A program made the translations under genes and the position numbers. Shown here one piece after another: positions 28,796 through 40,088 of a stretch of 64,000 nucleotides of DNA (position 1 is its first letter; each line of letters begins with the position of its first letter). The stretch comes from Octopus sinensis (Eukaryota), in NCBI RefSeq assembly GCF_006345805.1, contig NW_021836152.1:1-64000 (forward strand), read 5' to 3'. Below the pieces are notes generated by a model, which worked only from the letters and a program-made list of their open reading frames with translations, did no database searches and had not been told where the DNA came from.

Positions 28796-30351
28796 ACACA
28801 GTCATAAGAGAGCTTGAGCAAGAACAAACATACAAATATTTAGGGATAAATGAAGGCTCTGGTATTCAGCATGCAAGCATGAAAGAGAAAATCAGGAAGG
28901 AATGTTATAGGAGAGTACGTGCAGTCCTGAAATCTGAACTAAATGCACGTAACAAGGTGTTAGCTATAAATTCCTTAGCAGTTCCAGTTGTTACTTATAG
29001 CTACAATGTGTTGAACTGGAATATGAGTGAAGTAAAGAATATAGATAGGAAAATACGCAAGCTGCTGAGTTGTAATAGGATGCACCACCCAAAGGCAGAT
29101 GTAGATCGCTTTTACCTTCCCAGAGCCCAAGGAGGTCGAGGCCTGATCCAATTTGAACTAGCTTACAAAACAACCACAATTGGACTGGCCAAATATCTCG
29201 AAATATCGAATGACTGGATGCTAAAGCTCGTGGAAAATCACGAGAGACGAAAGAAGCTTCATTCTATCATAAAGGAAAGCAAAAAATTTGCTATTGATCT
29301 CGTGCAGGATACCCAAACTGAACAACCCGAGGGAAGTACGGCAACTATTGTTGCAAAGAAGGTGAAAATGATGGCAATGAAGAAAGCGCACGTGCAATTG
29401 GCTGATAGGTGGGGGAGGAGAAACCTCTGCACGGCAAATATGTGACCCACAGCAAACAAGCTGATGTTGACCAGAAGCAAACCCATCAGTGGCTACGGAG
29501 CTCAGGGCTAAAAGCAGAGAGCGAAGGTTTCATCCTGGCTGCTCAAGATCAAAGCCTATTAACCCGGAACTACCAGGCCAATGTGATGAAAAATGGAGCA
29601 GACCCAAAATGCCGATTCTGCAATGACATGATTGAAACAGTGGACCACCTAATCTCTGGATGTAAAGTCTTAGCACCAGTGGAGTATAAATTAAGACATG
29701 ACAGAGTTGGCCAATATCTCCACTGGCTAATAAGTCGGCATTACAATATCAAAACTGCCGACAAGTGGTATAATCACCACCCAGAGGCTGTAACTGAAGG
29801 AGAAAATGTAACCATTCTGTGGATCTTTCCAGTACATACAGACCGAACCATCAAGGCCATTAAACCAGATATTGTTGTGAAAGACCAAAACAATAAAGTT
29901 TGCTTATTGATCGACATGAGCATCCCCTGTGATCATAATATCTCAGCGAAAGAGTTTGACAAGCTCAGAAAATAAAAAAAAGACCTACTCATTGAAATTG
30001 AGAAAATGTGGCATCTCAAGGCGGTTACAATACCAGTGATCGTAGGAGCACTAGGAATGATCAAGAAGGGAACCGAAAATTATATGAGAATGATCCCTGG
30101 CTTACCATCCCTGCAAGAAGTGCAAAAGATTGTCTTAACTGGTACATCACACGTATTGAGAAGAGCATTGTCGATGTGAGAACTGTTGCTGATCATGTAT
30201 TTTAATTTAACTTGAAAAATAAAAAAAAATGAACGAACTACTGAGTTTGGTTTAATGGCTTACCAATATATACTATGAGTTTCTTTGCCCTAGGAGTCGG
30301 GAAGACACTCGGCAAGAAATGGAAGCAAATTTGAAAGAAGAAAAAAAGAAG
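28794..30351 (+). mobile_element. R4/Dong family B 3' half, inverted relative to its neighbours
   Basis: ORFs 28879..29445 and 29409..29975 nearly identical to 17477..18685; the 3' UTR is followed by (TAA)n on the + strand. Confidence 0.93.
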
Positions 30352-30665
30352 TAATAATAATAATAATGATAATGATAATAATAATAATATTAATAACCAT
30401 TATATTAATAATAATGATAAAAATAATAGTAATAATTAAAAAAATAATAACAATATATTTAATAATAATATTAATAATAAGAAGAAGTAGAATAATGATT
30501 ATTATAATGACAATGATAATGATAATAAAAATAATGATAATGATTATAATAATAATATTAATAGCAATAATAATAATAATAATAATTATAGCAATAATAA
30601 TAATAATAATAATATTAAATTTAATAATGATAATAGCAATAATAATAATAATAATAATAATACTG

Positions 30666-30727
<62 letters not shown>
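30352..30727. repeat. (AAT)n array in opposite polarity to the rest of the field
   Basis: Directly visible. Confidence 0.95.
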
Positions 30728-30735
<8 letters not shown>

Positions 30736-31420
30736 CGACAAAGAAGAAGAAGATGATGAAGAAACAACAAAAACTATAGAACAAATGAAATCCAAACTAA
30801 AAATAGAACTGCAACGAACCATGATAAAACGATGGCAAGAAAAGCCACTTCATTATAAATACTGCACTAAACTAAACGCAAAAGAAATAGACAAAGAAAA
30901 ATCCCAGCAATGGTTGAGAAGCTCAGGACTCAAAGCAGAAACAGAGGGATTTTTAATTGCAGCACAAGACCAAAGCCTCCCCACCAGAAATTACCAAAAA
31001 CATGTAATGAAAAGAAATATTACAAGTAACTGCAGAATATGTGGAGATGGACAAGAAACAATAAATCATATTATCTCTAGCTGCCCAGTCCTGGCTAAGA
31101 AGGAATATATTTACAGACATGACAGAGTTGGAACCTACATACATTGGAAGCTATGCCAACATTATGGAATAACAACAGAAAAAAGATGGTATAGGCACAC
31201 ATCAGAAAAGGTCACAGAAAACGAGAAAGCAACCATACTCTGGGATATGCCGATACACACAAATAGAGAAATTAAGGCCAACAGACCAGATATAGTCTGT
31301 ATCAATACCGGCAGATGACAATGTGTCTCTAAAAGAAATGGTGAAACTCTCAAAATACAAAGACCTGGAAATAGAGGTAACTAGAATGTGGAATCTGAAA
31401 AAAGAAACAATTCCTATCAT
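30728..31420 (+). mobile_element. Family A internal fragment (knuckle/RLE), + strand
   Basis: ORF 30785..31318 contains CRICGDGQETINHIISSC; ends at ETIPI where the orientation flips. Confidence 0.92.
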
Positions 31421-32120
31421 CGTTTTATCATGGTTCGTTGCTGTTCTGTTTTTAGTTTGGATTTCATTTGTTTTATAGCTTTTGATGTTCTTCTTTCTTC
31501 TTCTTTCTTCTTCTTCTTCTTCTTCTTCTTCTTCTTCTTCTTCTTCTTTCTTCTTCTTCTTCTTTCTTCTTCTCTTCTCTTCTTCTTCTTTCTTCTTCTT
31601 CTTCTTTCTTTTCTTCTTCTTCCTTCTTCTTCTTCTTTCTCTTCTTCTTCTTCTCTCTTCTTCTTCTTCTTCTTCATTTTTATTAGGTGGTATGATTTCT
31701 TGTTTGTATTTGTCAGCTTCCTTAAATACTGAGAACAGTTTTATGTTTTGCTCGTCTTTTGCCGCTATTTGTATCACTTTTCCTTCCTTCTGAAGTAGAT
31801 ATTTTTGCAGTCCTATGGTGGTTATTTTATAGTAGTTTTCCAGTTGTATAAGGCCTCTACCACCTTCTATACGTTGTATATATAGTCTTTCTATGTCAGA
31901 TTTTGGGTGATGCATCCTAGATCCTGTCATTATTTTTCTTGTTTTCCTATCTATTTTGGTCAGGTCATTCAATGTCCAGTTAACGATATTGTAGCTGTAA
32001 CTTATAACTGGGACAGCTAGAGTGTTAATACCTTTTATCTTGTTTTTAGCATTGAGCTCTGTGTTTAGTATTGATCTAACTCGTCTATAATATTCTTTTT
32101 TTATTTTCTCTTTCATTTGT
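31418..32120 (-). mobile_element. Family A internal fragment with an expanded (GAA)n tract (31488-31676)
   Basis: ORF 31202..32116 reads MKEKIKKEYYRR...IIPPNKN followed by a long E/R/K run. Confidence 0.9.
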
Positions 32121-32510
32121 CTTTTATTATTATTATTATAAGTATTAATTTTATTAATATTATTATTATATTAATATTATTATTTTTATTATTGTTATTG
32201 TTATTATTATTATTATTCTTATTATTATTATTATTATATCATTATTATTATTAATAATATTATTATTATTATTATTACTGTTATAATAATTATCATTATT
32301 ATTATTATATTTACTATTATTATTTTTATTATCATTACAAATATCATTAGTATTATCATAATAATTATATTATTTTTATTATTGACATTATTATTAATAT
32401 TATTACCATTATTTTTACTAATATTATTAATAATATTTTTATTATTTTTATTGTTATTATTGATATTGTTTTTGTTATTATCATTATCAATATCATTATA
32501 TTATTATTAA

Positions 32511-33398
32511 TCTATGTTTGACTTTTGCTTCATGTTTGTACATGTTGTCTCCAAGTCTCACCCAGAGACCTCAAGAGACAACAGGATGGAAGTTCATGTT
32601 ATTATGCCTAGTGTGCCATATATTGGGTGGGTGGGGTTGGTGTTGTACTAATGAATATCTATCTGATGGTTATTGTATGGAAAGTGTTCTGCGTAGGATG
32701 TGTGCAGTGCTTAGTAGTGCAATTTTCTGTATGTTATATGTGTTTGTAAGTCCTGGTGTTTTTGTTATGTATTTGTCTGAATATTTTTTTATCATGCCTA
32801 ATGCACCTACTGTGATAGGAATTGTTTCTGTTTTCAGGTTCCACATTCTTCTTCTTCTTCTTCTTCTTCTTCTTCTTCTTCTTCTTCTTCTTCTTCTTCT
32901 TCTTCTTCTTCTTCTTCTTCTTCTTCTTCTTCTTCTTCTTCTTCTTCTTCTTCATATTTATTACGTGGTATGATTTCTTGTTTGTATTTGTCAGCTTCCT
33001 TAAATACTGAGAACAGTTTTATGTTTTGCTCGTCTTTTGCCGCTATTTGTATCACTTTTCCTTCCTTCTGAAGTAGATATTTTTGCAGTCCTATGGTGGT
33101 TATTTTATAGTAGTTGTCCAGTTGTATAAGGCCTCTACCACCTTCTATACGTTGTATATATAGTCTTTCTATGTCAGATTTTGGGTGATGCATCCTAGAT
33201 CCTGTCATTATTTTTCTTGTTTTCCTATCTATTTTGGTCAGGTCATTTAATGTCCAGTTAAGGATATTGTAGCTATAACTTATAACTGGGACAGCTAGAG
33301 TGTTAATACCTTTTATCTTGTTTTTAGCATTGAGCTCTGTGTTTAGTATTGATCTAACTCGTCTATAATATTCTTTTTATATTTTCTCTTTCATTTGT
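32511..33398 (-). mobile_element. Family A-derived chimera: foreign 3' UTR (32511-32661), ORF end, 36 perfect TTC units, upstream A segment
   Basis: 32662-32848 matches the A C-terminus (LRRTLSIQ*); 32954-33398 matches the A post-RT region; the knuckle and most of the RLE are deleted. Confidence 0.85.
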
Positions 33399-33664
33399 CT
33401 TTCTTTATTATTATTATTATAATTATTAATTTTATTAATATTATTATAATTATTATTATGATTATTAATGTTGTTATTGTTGTGGTAGTTATTGTTGTTA
33501 TTCTTATTCTTCTTATGTTTATTATTATTATTATCATTATTATTATTAATAATATTATTATTAATATTATTGTTATAATAATTATCATTATTAATATTAT
33601 ATTTATTATTACTTTTGTTATTATTATTATTATTCTTATAAATAGTATTATTATTACTATTATT

Positions 33665-33880
33665 GTTCACTCAGCTGTATAAATGAGTTGCGACGTCACT
33701 GGTGCCAAGCTGTATCGACCTTTGTCTTTCCCTTGGATAACACTGGTGGCGTGGAGAGGGGAGGCTGGTATGCATGGGCGACTGCTGGTCTTCCATAAAC
33801 AATCTTGCCCGGACTTGTGTCTAGAAGGGTAACTTTCTAGGTGCAATCCCATGGTCATTCATGACCGAAGGGGGTCTTTA
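33665..33880 (+). mobile_element. 5'-truncated SINE-like insertion in the ATT array
   Basis: GC-balanced island with sharp boundaries, no ORF and a terminal hairpin GGTCA-TTCA-TGACC. SINE identity rests on remembered resemblance only. Confidence 0.5.
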
Positions 33881-34221
33881 TTGTTATTATTATGATTATT
33901 ATTAATATTCTTCTTCTTCTTATTATTATTATTAACATTATCATTATTATTTTATTGTTGTTATTATTATTAATATTAATATTATTATTAATATTATCAT
34001 TATTATTATTCTTATTTTTATTATTGATATTATTATTATTATAATTATTATTATTAATATCATTATCATTATTTTTGTAATTATTATTATTTTTATCATT
34101 ATTATTAATAGTATTATCATTATTATTATTATTATTATTATTATTTATACCATCATTATTATTATTGTCATTTTTATTTTTATCATCATTATCATTATCA
34201 TTATCGTTATTATTATAAATA

Positions 34222-34306
<85 letters not shown>

Positions 34307-34768
34307 CATAATATTTATCAGTATCATTATCATTATTAATATTATTATTATTTTAATCATTATTACTATTTTTATTATTGTTGTTATCAGTATTAATATT
34401 ATTATTATCATTATTATCATCGTTCTTATTATTATTTTTATTATTATCATTATTATTATCATTTTTATTATTAATATTATCATTATTATTAATTTTATTT
34501 ATATCATTATTATTATTTTCATTAGTATCATTATCATTATCATTATTATTATCATTATTGTTATTATTATTATTAATATCGTTATTATTATTACTTTTAT
34601 TATTATTATTTATTATTATTATTATAATTATTATTATTAGCATTATATTTATTTTTTTATTAACATCATGATTATTAATATCATTATTTTTTAATATTAT
34701 TATTATTATTATTAAGAATATTGTTATTATTATTATTATTATGAATAATATTAACATTCTTATTAATA

Positions 34769-34808
<40 letters not shown>

Positions 34809-34861
34809 CATTTTCATTATTATTATTGTTAATATTATTACTATTATTATTATTATTATTA

Positions 34862-34893
<32 letters not shown>

Positions 34894-34894
34894 T

Positions 34895-34932
<38 letters not shown>

Positions 34933-35101
34933 AATATTATTATCAATATTATTATCCTTGTTATTATTTGTATTATTATTATTATTATTATCATCATTAT
35001 TATCATCATTATTGTTATTGTTCTTATTTTTATTATAAATAGTATTATTATAATTATTATCATAATTATTTATAGTATTATTTTTATTATTAATAATATT
35101 A

Positions 35102-35168
<67 letters not shown>

Positions 35169-35251
35169 TGTTATTATTATTATTTTTATTATTATTATTA
35201 ATATTAACATTATTATTATTATAGTTATTATCATTATTATCATTAGCATTT

Positions 35252-35303
<52 letters not shown>

Positions 35304-35836
35304 CATCGTTATCATTATCAATATCTTTATCATTATTATTATTGTTATTATTATTACAATTATTATCATTCTTATTATTTTTCTTATTATTAATATCATC
35401 GTTATTATTATTGTTATTATCATTATGATTATTAATATTATTATTATTTTTAATATTATTATTATTAATGTTAATATTATTATTGTTATTATCATTATTA
35501 TTATTATAATTATGATAATATTATCAATATTATTTCCATTATTATTATTATTATTATTATTGTTATTAACATTTTTATTATTATCATTTTCATTATCATT
35601 ATATTATCATCAATATTATTATTTTTATTATTATTAATAATAATAACTTATTATTATATTATCATCAATATTAATTATTTTAATATTATTAATAATATTA
35701 ACTTATTATTATTGTTATTCTTATTCTTTTTATCATTATCATTTTCATTATTATTATTATTTCTATTATTATTACTATTATTATGATTATTATTATTATT
35801 AATATAATTATTGTTAATATTAATATTATTACTATC

Positions 35837-35880
<44 letters not shown>

Positions 35881-35890
35881 TATTATTTTT

Positions 35891-36747
35891 CAGTAGTTTT
35901 ATTTTTATAGCGTGCTTTCACTTCCCTACCGAGCGCAGCTCTGTGTGCCTTGGGTATGTGCTGTGATTTATTGTGATGCTCTGATGGTTATTGTATGGAA
36001 AGTGTTCTGCGTAGGATGTGTGCAGTGCCTAGTAGTGCAATTTTCTTTATGTTATATGTGTTTGTAAGTCCTGGTGATTTTGTTATGTATTTGTCTGAAT
36101 ATGTTTTATCATGACTAATGCACCTACTATGATAGGAATTGTTTCTGTTTTCAGATTCCACATTCTAGTTACCTCTATTTCCAGGTCTTTGTATTTTGAG
36201 AGTTTCTCCATTTCTTTTAGAGACACGTTGTCATCTGCCGGTATTGACACATCAATTAGAAAGCATTTTTTTCTTCATGATCTCTGACAACTATATCTGG
36301 TCTGTTGGTCTTAATTTCTCTATCTGTGTGTATCGGCATATCCCAGAGTATGGTTGCTTTCTCGTTTTCTGTGACCTTTTCTGGTGTGTTCCTATACCAT
36401 CTTTTTTCTGTTGTTATTCCATAATGTTGGCATAGCTTCCAATGTATGTAGGTTCCAACTCTGTCATGTCTGTGAATATATTCCTTCTTAGCCAGGACTG
36501 GGCAGCTAGAGATAATATGATTTATTGTTTCTTGTCCATCTCCACATATTCTGCAGTTACTTGTAATATTTCTTTTCATTACATGTTTTTGGTAATTTCT
36601 GGTGGGGAGGATTTGGTCTTGTGCTGCAATTAAAAATCCCTCTGTTTCTGCTTTGAGTCCTGAGCTTCTCAACCATTGCTGGGATTTTTCTTTGTCTATA
36701 TCTTTTGCGTTAAGTTTAGTGCAGTATTTACCATGAAGGGGCTTTTC
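35891..36747 (-). mobile_element. Family A 3' portion (knuckle + RLE + 3' UTR), cut off by the satellite
   Basis: Starts with the CAGTAGTTTT terminus after ATT; ORF 36256..36672. Confidence 0.92.
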
Positions 36748-38179
36748 CTCAACATGCTGGAAAACATATCGGAAACTTCCTGAAAAGATCCGAGGATTTT
36801 AAAGAAAGTTCCCGGGGTTACCGGAAAATATCATGGAAACTCCGTTGGAGATACCGAGGGTATAAACGAAAGTTCCTGGGATTTCCTCGAAAATATTCAG
36901 GATCTTCATGTTAAATTCCGAGGACATCCTGGAAAGTTCATGGGATTACGAAACTTTCTGGAAAATTGGTCACAAACACCCTGGTATATTGGTAGAAATC
37001 TTCTTTTAAAATTCCGAGGATTTCATGGAATGTTCCGGGGATTCCACCAACTTACCGGAAAATATGGAATCTTCCTTGGAAGTTCCGAGGATTTTATAGA
37101 AACTTCCGGTGATTCCATAACTTCATGGAAAATTTGTCGCGAACTTCATGGAAAGTTCCGAGAATTCCCTGGAAAGTTCTGGGGGATTTCCCAACTTCGT
37201 GGAAAATTAAACAGAAAATTCATGGAAAGTTCCGACGATTTACTGGAAATTAAGGGGTCTTCCCAACTTCCTGGAAAATTGGACAGAAACTTCCTGGGAA
37301 GTCCCGAGGATTTCCTGGAAAGTTCCTTGGATTTTTCAACCTACTGGAAAATTGGTCAGAAATTTAATGGAAATTTCCGAGGATTTTCCGAACCTCCTGG
37401 AAAATTGGTCAGGATCATCATGGAAAGTTCCCATGAAGTTTGGTAATCCCAGGTACTTTCGAGGAAATCCTCGTAACTTTCCATGAAGATCCCGACAATT
37501 TTCCAGGAAGTTGGGAAATCCCAGGAACTTTCCATTAAATCCTCGGAACCTCCCATGAAGTTTCTATGAAATTTCCCGGCAAGTTGGTGGAATCCCCGGA
37601 AGTTTCCATGAAATCTTAGGAATTTTCCCTGAAGTTTTCTACCAATTTTCCAGGATGTTGATCTTCCCCTGAACTTTGTTTGTAATCCTCGGAACTTTCC
37701 AGGAATTTTTCGAGATATTTCTAGGAAGTTGGGGGAATTCCCGGAACTTTCCATGAAATTCCCGATGAATTTTCTAGGAAGTTGGGAAATATTATAAACT
37801 TTCCATTAAATCCTCGGAAATTCCTGGAAAATTGGACAGATACTTCATGGAAAGTTCCGATAATTTTCCGAACCTCCTCGAAAATTGGTCAGAAACTTCA
37901 TGGATATTTCCGAGGATTTCATGGAAAGTTCCGGGGATTCCCCCACTTACCGGAAAATGTCATGGAAATTTCCTGGGAAGTTCCAATGCCTTAATGGAAA
38001 GTTCCTCGTATTGCCCAAGTTCCTGGAAAATTTTGCGGGAGCTTCATGGAAATATCCGGTGATTCCTCCAACTTCCTGGAAATATCTCGATAAATTCCTG
38101 GAAAGTTCAGAGGGTTGCAAAGAAAGTTCCTGGGATTCCCCAACTTCCTGGAAAATTGGTAGAAAACTTCTTGGAAAGT
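36748..38179. repeat. ~1.43-kb degenerate satellite built from ~20-bp subunits (CATGGAAAGTTCCGAGGATTT) and ~50-75-bp units with CCTGGAAAATTGG; central segment inverted
   Basis: Many GGAAAGTTCC/GGAAAATT motifs; ~37430-37819 carries the reverse-complement form GGAACTTTCC/CAATTTTCCAGG. Confidence 0.85.
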
Positions 38180-39740
38180 AAGGATAGATTTCTCAAATAC
38201 TAAAAATCTTTAACAGATAATTGCCTCCCATAACACTAAGCTGCTAAATAAGGCCCTGTCACCCATGAGCAGAGACTCTGCCCCGTCAAATTCCAACATA
38301 ACATATAGTAATAATAATAATAATAATAGAAGTAGCACAGATATCAGCAGCCTTCATACCAACATTGGAGTTAGTAATAGTAATAAGGATAAGAGCACTG
38401 ATCTCGTCATTAACGGAGGGAGTCCTAACAATAATATTAGCAGCGGTTTTAACAACAGTAGTTTTACGGACATTATCAATCACAGCACTCCCAGGAACAG
38501 GGAATATGCAGGTGATATTGCCTTAAATAGTAATGATAATGGGGTGAATGGTATCGAATCCAGCGGTAGTTTTACAGCCATCATAGTAATAAGAACGCTG
38601 TATTAGTATCGGAAACCAATCCCAATAGATTAAGGTTCTTATCTAGCAACTCCAAAATTAGAAACGCCATTTATCAGTGCAGAGTTTATACTGAATCCGA
38701 TGTCTTCCTCTATATCGGCGCTACATCATCAAAATTAGCCACAAGAATATCGAACCATTTTTCCACGTTCCGAGATAGAAATAAACAACACGCTACTGGG
38801 CTAAGCAAATTAGTCTGGCATTTGAAGAACGCGAATTCAACTTTAAGACTGGAATGATCAATATTATCGGTGTCTTTACCGTTTGATAAGGGCAAAAATA
38901 TCTGTGCCCTTTGTAATTCCGAACTATTTCATATTCTGTTCGCCCGAGGCCGACTAGTAAACTCGATTGTGCAGAGTTCTTTCAGAGGCCTTCACTGGAA
39001 AAGGCATACCTTTCTCTCATACCAATGAAGTCTAATATAGATAACCCCTGGATTTCCTAATAAAATTTGAAAGGTAATATCTCATCCCTGTTAGTATAAA
39101 AGACTTTCTTATAGTTGTCAAGAACTGCTACCATTCCCTACAGAAACACTGTATCTTGTCATTGCTATTGTGGACGCCCTCTCTTTATTAAGTTGTCACA
39201 TTCGAACACACAGACACAGTCTTTTCAGTTTCTTCACCGTTAATTCTTGCTACCTCTCTTTCTCTGCCTTCAAAACACACTGTCACGCATTCAAAGACGC
39301 ACACACACATACATTAAGGCAAATTTTCACACTCATACATTCTAGCACTCATTCATAAAATAAATCAAATATAAGCACCAGTCATACAGAATACATTCAC
39401 ACTCTTTAATTTTCCTATACCTTCCTTCTACTACCTTGATTCTGACCCTGAACTATCTCAACGGACAATCTCTTCTGCTTTCATCCAATCTGACGTCAAC
39501 CCATATAAATAGACATTTTGTATCATTAATTTCATGGGCTCCTCGTGAGCAGTTGTCGAAAAGCTTGTTGTGCATTTTGTTGGAGAATTAAGTTCCTGGA
39601 TTTTCCTGAAGAGAAAGCTGCATAATCGACTCCTTATTCAATCGGAATTAGGGACTTTGCAGACTTCGAAACATATGTCGAAATTAAAATAAAGGAATTT
39701 TGTTAAATCTTCGTTCAGCTCCATTCTTTCCTATACTTAA
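38175..39740 (+). mobile_element. 5'-truncated, degenerate Penelope-like element (second family): linker, GIY-YIG and 3' pLTR
   Basis: Manual translation gives VRIDFSNTKNL*QIIASHN and KIRNAIYQCRVYTESDVFLYIGATSSKL..RISNH...CALCNSELFHILFARG, homologous to the end of 46336..49023; the 3' region shares TTCGTTCAGCTCCATT-like sequence with the 49.7-kb pLTR. Confidence 0.88.
39601..39684 (+). ncRNA. Type I hammerhead ribozyme motif (Penelope pLTR)
   Basis: TTTC-CTGAAGA-[stem II GAA..CTGCA/TGCAG..TTC]-GAAAC-ATAT-GTC^GAAA; predicted cleavage after 39679. Confidence 0.8.
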
Positions 39741-40050
39741 TATACATATATATATATAAAATATATAATATTTATAATATAATATGATATAATATTGTAT
39801 ATGACTTGAGATGTTTGACGTCCTGTTTACCAATTATATATGAGCTGCCTCAGAAATCTCCAATGGCTCTATAACTGCCGTCTCGGCTATAACCTTGGAG
39901 CCGGGAAATAATATATATATATATATATATGTATCAAAACAATTGTACCAAATTACCGGAGTCATTCTTATTGTTTATTTTTGATTCTAATCACCCCGCA
40001 AATTTATATGGATAACACCATAAAAAATTCTGGTGAATCTACTAATATTA

Positions 40051-40085
<35 letters not shown>

Positions 40086-40088
<3 letters not shown>

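Larger units (their letters stand above)
32121..35890. repeat. (ATT)n arrays (32121-32510 and 33399-35890) around embedded elements
   Basis: Directly visible. Confidence 0.95.

Noticed and set aside
36940-38181. ORFs of 70-168 aa within the GGAAAGTTCC satellite
   Set aside because: Repetitive translations on both strands and in several frames; no sign of a real gene.
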